Shown piece by piece: positions 25,708 through 32,473 of a stretch of DNA of 32,473 nt. The DNA is from Calditrichia bacterium (GTDB lineage: Bacteria > Calditrichota > Calditrichia > RBG-13-44-9 > J075). The stretch covers positions 246,572-279,044 of the forward strand of contig JBOEGD010000002.1 of assembly GCA_050633245.1 (NCBI GenBank), read 5' to 3'. The notes beneath the pieces were generated by a model. It was not told the origin of the DNA. It did no database searches and worked only from the letters and a program-made list of their open reading frames with translations. Position 1 is the first letter of the stretch, and each line of letters starts with the position of its first letter. Position numbers and translations under genes: made by a program.

Positions 25708-28700
25708 ATGTTAAACGACATGAATAGACAAATGGACAGATACATGAAAAACACCACGTTTATCCGAGGCTTAGTGCTCCTACTGCTAGTAAGTAGTTTC
25801 GCATTTGCCCAGGAACAAAAGCGTTCCTACAAGGAAATGACTCCTGATGAACGCTCTCAAGCTTACAAGCAAGAGTTAAAACAACTTAAAAAAAGCCTGC
25901 AGGATGATGATCGACACGACCGCTTTAAGGAGACGATTATCAATGGGAACCAAGTTAGAGTATTAATAACCAATCAGGGGTCAATTTCGACTCCTGCTGC
26001 CGCAGCAACCAACAACGACCTCGTTTGGCCTAACGGTTCCGACGGTTTAGGTTACGGATATGAATTTGGCCCAATGGTAGGTGCTGAAGTCATCGACGAC
26101 AGCGGAAACGTTGTGCATATTATCAGTGACGGTTTTCTCGGCGGATCCGGCGGCGAATTTAACCCGGTTACCGGTGAGCGTTGGGGATGGGAGCCAAAGC
26201 TGGGCTTTTCTGATGAGAACTCCAATGAAGTGGCAACATTTACCGATTTGGATCGCGACTTCGACGGCAAGCCGGATAGTTGGCCGGCACGCTGGTTCAA
26301 TGAAACGCTTGGTCGTTATGTTTGGCCGGCCTTTCTGGGTGATGATGCCACTACTCCTGATGAGGAAGTGTATTATGTAATGGACGATTGGGACAACGCA
26401 GAATTTGCCTATTCCCCAAGTCCTGGCGACCCGACAATAAAAGGTCTTGGTCTGGAGCTGCAGGTTCGCATATTTCAGTTTAATAATCCACTTGCAGAAG
26501 ACATGATGTTCCTGGTTTATACCGTTACGAATACCAGTGAGAAGCGGTTGGACAAGGTTTTTCTGGGAATGTATGGCGATCCGCACGTTGGTGGGCCAAA
26601 TGATTTCTCGGATGATAGTGGGGGGTTTATCTCAGCGTTTAATGAAGACTTCGACCTGAGTCAGCGGAATATGCTGTATGCTTTTGATGAAGATGGTTCC
26701 GGTGGTGGTGGTCTTCCTACCGGTTATTTCGGTTATCGCTTTCTGGAAAGCCCTGGAATCGATAATGACGGACAAGACAATGACGGCGACCTGATAACTG
26801 ATGAGAGTCAATTCAATGATGCTGGTACCTTTGAATTCCGCAGCAACTTTGGAACGTATCGCAGCGAGCCCGGCTTTGCCTGGACTGGTGACGAGGACGG
26901 CGACTGGCTGGCTGAATTTGATGATGTTGGCGTTGACGGTCTGGCTGGCACCTCCGACTTTGGTGAGGGTGACGGTAAGCCAAATCAGCTTTTCTACTCC
27001 GATCTAAATAATAACGGCATTTTTGACAGTGGTGAACCCACTTCTGAGTCACGTATGACCGGGATGCGCTTTTTCGGTGGTGAACCGAATTTTGGTTTTC
27101 TCGATATTGCCGAATCCGATCAGCTGGGTTTAACCAGTTTTAACGCACTACTTTGGGGCAATACTCAAAATCGCCCGCGCAATGATGAACTGATGTGGGA
27201 TCTAATGTCTACGCCTAATCAACGTGAGGGCGATCCACCGCCAATTATAGAACAAGAACAGGATAACGTTTTTATTTATGGTTCCGGTCCGTTCGCTCTG
27301 GATCCTGGAGAAAGCCAGCGCTTTTCAATTGCTCTTATCCTGGGTCAGGATTTTACCGATCTGCTGTCGAATGCAACCATTTCGCAGCAAGTGTTCGACT
27401 CCGATTATCGTTTTGCACAGGCACCACGCAAACCTAATCTAACCGCTGTTCCAGGTGATAAAAAAGTGACGCTTTATTGGGATACCGCTGCCGAAGCCTC
27501 CTTCGATCCGTTCATTTCGCGCGCCAATCCGGAAGACCCGTCCAAGGGCTTTGACTTTGAAGGTTATCGCATTTATCGTAGTCAGGATCTCTCATTTAAC
27601 GATACAAAAACTATTACCGACTCCCGCGGCAACCCCTTTCTCTCCGTTCCGTTACTACAGGATAATGGACTGCCGGCACAGTGGGATCTGGTCAATGAAT
27701 TCGAGGGTTTATCTGACATTGAATATGCCGGACGTGGTGTGCGATATGATCTTGGCCGCAATACCGGTTTGGTTCACAGCTTCGTAGATTCGAACAATGT
27801 GGTTAATGGCGTAACCTATTACTATGCCGTCACATCGTATGACCATGGTGATGTCAATGCAGACATTTCTCCAACGGAAAGTCAGCGCGTTATTCAACGT
27901 GACGCGGTAACGCGCCTGTTTAGTTTTGATGTAAATACGGCGCAGGTTATTCCCAACCCTCTGGCAACCGGCTTTCAAGGCCCGGGAGTTGTTGATGACG
28001 AGGACGGCAACGCCGAGCGCACTATCGGAGATGCTACCGGATCTGTACAAGTCGAGTTTCTGGATCCGCTAAAAGTGGTGGACGGGAAGTCTTACGATGT
28101 CGCTTTCGACAGCATTGAAGTGGATTCAGCACAATTCGTCGTCGGTTACAGCGTCGTAGACAATACGCCGCGTCAGGAGCGCTTCCGCTCGCGCGATACA
28201 CTATTTGCAAACCTCGGCGTAAACGGGGGGATTGAGCCGGGATCGGTTTCAGTAGAAGCTGCAGCCGGCGGTTCGGTAAACGCTTCCCGTTATCTAGTCG
28301 ATTTCGATAATGCACGCATTCGTGGTGCTTCAACCGGCGATTTGCCTTTGGGCGAAGAATTTATCATCACTTTCAAAGCGCGTCCGGTAAACAACAGCCC
28401 ATTTGTTAATAACGAAGACGATAATCCGGTATTTGATGGTATGCGTGTTTTTGTGCAGCGAGATTCGGCCAGATTAAGCCCGCTGGTAACAGATGGCGGT
28501 AAAAGTGGTTTTAAGAGCATCGTTACTGAAACCAATTTCTCCAATACAACAGCAACTATCGGATTATCTGTGGCCGGTGCTTCCGCCCCGATTGCTGCAG
28601 ATTACGAGATACGTTTTGTGGATTACGATACAAGTGCCACCGGCGAGCTGCTCAATCCGGCAGACTTCACCCCTGCTGCTCTGGGTAATTTCGCTCTTCC

Positions 28701-29337
28701 GTTTTACGTGGCGGATGTGGCTACCGGGGATACCGTCAACATTTTTATAGACGGCACGGATAACAATCGTTGGGATTGGTATGAGACTATCACATTATTA
28801 AAACCCGGACCGGTAAGTGCCAATACAACGTACGACGTACGCTTCACGCCACCGAGTGATACGACAGTCTCGGATAGCGGAGATACTACTATCACTGTCC
28901 AGAAGGCAATCTATCCTGGAGAAGGGGACGTCTTTCTGTTATTCTCCAGTAAACCCTTTGAAAAAAATGATCGCTATACATTTACAACACGTGGAACAAA
29001 GTTTGATGAGACCGAAGCACGAGATGCTCTGCGCGATGTGTATGTCGTTCCAAATCCATACGTGGCCTTTAGCCAAGGGGAGATTGATGGTATTGGTCAA
29101 GGAGCGCGTGATGACAGGCGAGTTGAATTTCGCAATCTGCCGCAAGTCTGTACCATTAAAATATTCACCATAACCGGTGAGTTTGTTGCGCAGATAGACA
29201 AGGATGACAATCTAAGTTATGCCGCCTGGAATCTGCTGAGTTTTGAGTCGCAGAAAATTGCCTATGGCGTTTACATCTTTCATATTGATGCACCGGGCGT
29301 CGGTACCAAGATCGGCCGCTTGGGCATTATTAAATAA
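25708..29337 (+). CDS. Large (~1200 aa) exported protein of unknown function with Asp-rich Ca-binding-like motifs, an FN3-like domain and a variant C-terminal sorting domain
   Basis: ATG 25708 has a GGAGG SD (alternative ATG 25744 begins the signal peptide). DNDGQDNDGD and DLNNNGIFD motifs; PGDKKVTLYWD..FEGYRIYRS..YYYAVTSYD; VYVVPNPY..F.NLP..IKIFTITGE..W......IAYGVYIFHI tail. Confidence 0.82.
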   Translation: MLNDMNRQMDRYMKNTTFIRGLVLLLLVSSFAFAQEQKRSYKEMTPDERSQAYKQELKQLKKSLQDDDRHDRFKETIINGNQVRVLITNQGSISTPAAAATNNDLVWPNGSDGLGYGYEFGPMVGAEVIDDSGNVVHIISDGFLGGSGGEFNPVTGERWGWEPKLGFSDENSNEVATFTDLDRDFDGKPDSWPARWFNETLGRYVWPAFLGDDATTPDEEVYYVMDDWDNAEFAYSPSPGDPTIKGLGLELQVRIFQFNNPLAEDMMFLVYTVTNTSEKRLDKVFLGMYGDPHVGGPNDFSDDSGGFISAFNEDFDLSQRNMLYAFDEDGSGGGGLPTGYFGYRFLESPGIDNDGQDNDGDLITDESQFNDAGTFEFRSNFGTYRSEPGFAWTGDEDGDWLAEFDDVGVDGLAGTSDFGEGDGKPNQLFYSDLNNNGIFDSGEPTSESRMTGMRFFGGEPNFGFLDIAESDQLGLTSFNALLWGNTQNRPRNDELMWDLMSTPNQREGDPPPIIEQEQDNVFIYGSGPFALDPGESQRFSIALILGQDFTDLLSNATISQQVFDSDYRFAQAPRKPNLTAVPGDKKVTLYWDTAAEASFDPFISRANPEDPSKGFDFEGYRIYRSQDLSFNDTKTITDSRGNPFLSVPLLQDNGLPAQWDLVNEFEGLSDIEYAGRGVRYDLGRNTGLVHSFVDSNNVVNGVTYYYAVTSYDHGDVNADISPTESQRVIQRDAVTRLFSFDVNTAQVIPNPLATGFQGPGVVDDEDGNAERTIGDATGSVQVEFLDPLKVVDGKSYDVAFDSIEVDSAQFVVGYSVVDNTPRQERFRSRDTLFANLGVNGGIEPGSVSVEAAAGGSVNASRYLVDFDNARIRGASTGDLPLGEEFIITFKARPVNNSPFVNNEDDNPVFDGMRVFVQRDSARLSPLVTDGGKSGFKSIVTETNFSNTTATIGLSVAGASAPIAADYEIRFVDYDTSATGELLNPADFTPAALGNFALPFYVADVATGDTVNIFIDGTDNNRWDWYETITLLKPGPVSANTTYDVRFTPPSDTTVSDSGDTTITVQKAIYPGEGDVFLLFSSKPFEKNDRYTFTTRGTKFDETEARDALRDVYVVPNPYVAFSQGEIDGIGQGARDDRRVEFRNLPQVCTIKIFTITGEFVAQIDKDDNLSYAAWNLLSFESQKIAYGVYIFHIDAPGVGTKIGRLGIIK

Positions 29338-29379
29338 CCGGGAAGCAGTATGAACACTTTTAAAAGCGAGCAAAGAACA

Positions 29380-30426
29380 ATGAAAAGCAGAAATACATTC
29401 ATTTCCATTATGCTTATGAGTGGTCTTCTCCTTCTGGTTAACCCAAGCTTTGCCCAGGATGAGCAAGACGTATCCTCGATTAATCGCGCCGGCACCACGG
29501 CTGCGCAGTTTCTAAAGATCGGCGCGGGTGCCCGCGCTACTGGTCTTGGCGGTGCCTATACGGCAATTGCCAACGACATTACCTCAATCTATTGGAATCC
29601 CGCCGGACTCGCACGTTCGAGCGGCAGTGGTGAGGCAATCTTTAATCATGCCGAATGGCTGGCAGAGACCGATTACGACTTTGCTGCCTTCTCATTAAAA
29701 TTGCAGTCTTTGGGTTCCGTTGGATTGAGTATCACGTCTTTCCGCACGCCGGATGATCCGGTTCGTACCATCCAGGCTCCTGAAGGAACAGGACAAACTT
29801 GGAACATGAGTTCAATTTCAGCCGGCCTGACCTATGCACGTAGCCTAACCGATAAATTCTCGATTGGATTTACGGCAAAATTTGTTCAGGAGAAGCTGTT
29901 TAATTTGACCTCTCGTGGCGGCGCTTTCGATATCGGTATCCTATACAATACGCCACTCGAAAACGTTACTCTTGGGGCAACGATAACCAACTTCGGCACC
30001 AAGATGCGTCTTGAAGGACGCGATCTGTTTTTTAACAACGATCCGTTCAACGAAGATGGTTCGGTAGATGTTGTTCCGGCTGAATACCGAACAGATGACT
30101 TTGAGATGCCGCTAAACCTAAAGTTTGGCTTGGCTTGGCAGGCAGTCAAAAACGATCAGTATGAGGTGCTGGCTACAATGGATGCAAATCAGCCCAATGA
30201 CAATATCGAGTACCTCAACACGGGTGTTGAGGTTGGAATTAAGCGCACCGTCTTTTTACGAGGCGGTTTTAAAGCGTTGGGGCTTGAAAATAGCGAACAA
30301 GGTCCGACATTTGGCGTAGGTATTAACTATAACACTGTCGGTGGAAACTTTAAGTTCGATTTCGGATGGGCGGATTATGGTGTACTGCGCAATGTAAAGT
30401 TTGTCTCATTTATCGTTAAGTATTAA
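29380..30426 (+). CDS. PorV/PorQ-family outer-membrane beta-barrel protein
   Basis: Signal peptide; FLKIGAGARATGLGGAYTAIANDITSIYWNPAGL signature; alternating beta-strands; terminal aromatic residue (FIVKY). Alternative start at 29350. Confidence 0.85.
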   Translation: MKSRNTFISIMLMSGLLLLVNPSFAQDEQDVSSINRAGTTAAQFLKIGAGARATGLGGAYTAIANDITSIYWNPAGLARSSGSGEAIFNHAEWLAETDYDFAAFSLKLQSLGSVGLSITSFRTPDDPVRTIQAPEGTGQTWNMSSISAGLTYARSLTDKFSIGFTAKFVQEKLFNLTSRGGAFDIGILYNTPLENVTLGATITNFGTKMRLEGRDLFFNNDPFNEDGSVDVVPAEYRTDDFEMPLNLKFGLAWQAVKNDQYEVLATMDANQPNDNIEYLNTGVEVGIKRTVFLRGGFKALGLENSEQGPTFGVGINYNTVGGNFKFDFGWADYGVLRNVKFVSFIVKY

Positions 30427-30574
30427 GTAGTCTGACGGAAGAACTTTACATTTGGGTTTTCTCACTTCGAGCGGAGTCGAGAGGCTAAGAAGCTCTCAAT
30501 AGGGCTTCGACTGCGCTCTGCCCGACCAAATTCGATTATAAAGTTATATCTAATTTTTATGTCAAACTACTTAA
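30423..30574. mobile_element. MITE/REPIN-like non-coding element, 152 bp, with nested inverted repeats
   Basis: Termini TTAAGTAGTCTGAC and GTCAAACTACTTAA form a 13/14 inverted match. Internal pairs are AACTTTA/TAAAGTT and GAGCGGAGTCGA/TCGACTGCGCTC. No transposase in the window. Confidence 0.5.
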
Positions 30575-30581
30575 GTTGTTA

Positions 30582-30605
30582 TGAGCAGCAATTAATTGCT
30601 GCTCA
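30582..30605. repeat. Perfect 24-bp palindrome
   Basis: TGAGCAGCAATT|AATTGCTGCTCA. Confidence 0.75.
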
Positions 30606-30753
30606 ATGGAACGATTGGATTGATGTATAGAGATAATTACATTATCTATTCACTAAAAACACAGGAGTGTTTTGAAGGATCAGAAATGACACAGTTACTC
30701 AGGTTCGATGAGCAAAGTGCTCATCTATTTTTAACTCTTAAACGGAGGTAAAC

Positions 30754-32385
30754 ATGAAAAAGTTTACAAACGTACTCGCGATCGCAATTTTAGCTGGACT
30801 GATGATTGCTCCAATTATGGCACAACCTACAGCTTTTGATCGTGCCGCTCAGATTGATGCAGATACACTTGATGTCGGTGGTTTCGGAAATATCATTGCC
30901 GGTGAAGATTTTGATGGTGATGGTAAAGTTGAAATCTATGCAGTAAACAATGACTGGCATGATCAAATTGGTTTCGACCTCGTTCCGCGTATTTATAAAT
31001 ACGAGCAGACTCTTCTTGGCGACTGGGTTGCCGTATGGTCTACCCGTCTGCCGTTTGAATTCCAGAATACTTGGCCGGCATTGGCTGTGGCAGATCTCGA
31101 TGAAGACGGTAAGAAAGAGATCGTATGGGGTCCGGTAAACAACTTTGGTGGCGGTTCAAACCCAAACCCGATTCGCATTGCCGTTTTTGAGACCGCTGGA
31201 GATGGCAGTGATAACATGGGTGTAGACAATGGTGACGGAACATGGGCACCAAATGCCTCGTGGACGATTACTTCCGCCGACAACGAAAATTTGCGCCCCT
31301 TTCGCTGGCACATTATTGACATCGATGATGACAATACTTTTGAGATCGTAGCTTATTGCCGCGTTGGTGACGGTATTCAAATTTATTCCGTAGACGATGT
31401 CCCGGACAATGGTGGCGGCACAGAAACATGGACCTCCGAGTTCTCTGGTGTTGCCGGTACACACTATGATGGCTTTGTTATGGCTGGTAAAGCATACGGA
31501 ATTAACAGCGTTGGCGATGTCACATCTGTAAGCTGGGACGGTAGTGCATATGTAGAAGGTACGCCTCAGGTTGGAATCGTTGGTGCCGGATCCTGGAATT
31601 CTGCCTCTTTAGTAGACGTTGATCGTGACGGTAATGACGAAGTTGTTGTTGCTTCGTGGAGCTCGTCAACAAGCGCTGTATATCTTCTTCAGCAGAGCGG
31701 CGACACCTTGAAGTCTACGCTGATCGCAGACGTTCCGGATGAGAATAATCGCCTTTACGGTGGTGTTGCCGGTGATACCGACAATGACGATAAGATGGAC
31801 TTCCTTTTCGGTACCCGTTCCGCAGCCGTGAACGCTACTATTTTCCGACTGGAATATAAAGGTGACGGCGCTGCTATCGATGATCCTGCAAGCTATGTTT
31901 TGTCATCAATAGACTCTCTTGTAAACGCCGCGCAGCAGTATGACGTGTTTGCAATGGCCGATATGGATGGAGACATTGAAGGTGACCAGGAAGTTCTCTA
32001 TACCGGAACCCCACGCGGTCTAGCCGCAACGGATGCACCACAGCCGATAACTATCCTGAATGACAACGGTACCCGTACCGGTATTTTCGATGACCGTAAC
32101 GTTGCCGAAGGCTTTGAGTTAAAGCAGAACTATCCGAATCCGTTCAACCCGGAAACTTCCATTCAGTTTGAGATTCCTTCCGCACTTGACGTTCGTATCA
32201 ATATCTACAACGCTCTTGGTCAGAAGGTTCGCAGCCTGCTTAATGAAAATCGTGGACCAGGTGTTCACACGGTTAAGTGGGACGGACGCAGCAACGACGG
32301 AAGTCGTGTTGCAAGTGGTATGTATATCTATTCCATGACTGCTGGTAACATTACGCTTACCAAGCGCATGACGCTTCTGAAGTAA
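30754..32385 (+). CDS. Secreted FG-GAP-like repeat (beta-propeller) protein with a FlgD-Ig/T9SS tail; apparent paralogue of 20696-22489
   Basis: GGAGG SD; signal peptide; DFDGDGKVE, DLDEDGKKE, DVDRDGNDE and DTDNDDKMD repeats; QNYPNPFNP..WDG..SGMY tail. Confidence 0.85.
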   Translation: MKKFTNVLAIAILAGLMIAPIMAQPTAFDRAAQIDADTLDVGGFGNIIAGEDFDGDGKVEIYAVNNDWHDQIGFDLVPRIYKYEQTLLGDWVAVWSTRLPFEFQNTWPALAVADLDEDGKKEIVWGPVNNFGGGSNPNPIRIAVFETAGDGSDNMGVDNGDGTWAPNASWTITSADNENLRPFRWHIIDIDDDNTFEIVAYCRVGDGIQIYSVDDVPDNGGGTETWTSEFSGVAGTHYDGFVMAGKAYGINSVGDVTSVSWDGSAYVEGTPQVGIVGAGSWNSASLVDVDRDGNDEVVVASWSSSTSAVYLLQQSGDTLKSTLIADVPDENNRLYGGVAGDTDNDDKMDFLFGTRSAAVNATIFRLEYKGDGAAIDDPASYVLSSIDSLVNAAQQYDVFAMADMDGDIEGDQEVLYTGTPRGLAATDAPQPITILNDNGTRTGIFDDRNVAEGFELKQNYPNPFNPETSIQFEIPSALDVRINIYNALGQKVRSLLNENRGPGVHTVKWDGRSNDGSRVASGMYIYSMTAGNITLTKRMTLLK

Positions 32386-32407
32386 TTCAGGCGTATATTA
32401 TTGTTTT

Positions 32408-32447
32408 AAAAAAAGGCTGGTTCCACTTTTGGAACCAGCCTTTTTTT
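32408..32447 (+). terminator. Rho-independent terminator (potentially bidirectional)
   Basis: A7-GGCTGGTTCCA-cttt-TGGAACCAGCC-T7, about 22 nt after the stop codon. Confidence 0.92.
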
Positions 32448-32473
32448 AGATGCAATGCATTGCGTCTTTACAT

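Overview
Bacterial window, probably from a non-Bacteroidetes FCB-group lineage such as Calditrichota, KSB1 or Ignavibacteria. This is an inference from the NYPNPFNP C-terminal sorting domains, a PorV-like barrel, GGAGG Shine-Dalgarno sites and TTGACA-type promoters. The left 5 kb is a minus-strand arginine biosynthesis operon (GNAT-argG fusion, argC, argD, argB), preceded by a sigma70 promoter and an unannotated 32-codon Arg-rich leader ORF that looks like an attenuator peptide. The remaining 27 kb encodes almost only exported proteins. One plus-strand run carries likely cell-wall hydrolases: an M23 peptidase, a NAGPA phosphodiester glycosidase, an SxxK serine-hydrolase lipoprotein and a PGRP-type amidase. 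There are also several FG-GAP/beta-propeller proteins and a TonB-dependent receptor + ~1200-aa protein + PorV-like barrel triad with no SusD. Together these suggest a possible peptidoglycan/cell-wall foraging locus. The intergenic regions are rich in structure: an inverted-repeat-flanked four-helix-bundle cassette, REP-like palindromes, a MITE-like element, a tandemly amplified terminator arm and a palindromic operator over a -35 box. All family calls come from motif recognition by eye, not database searches.
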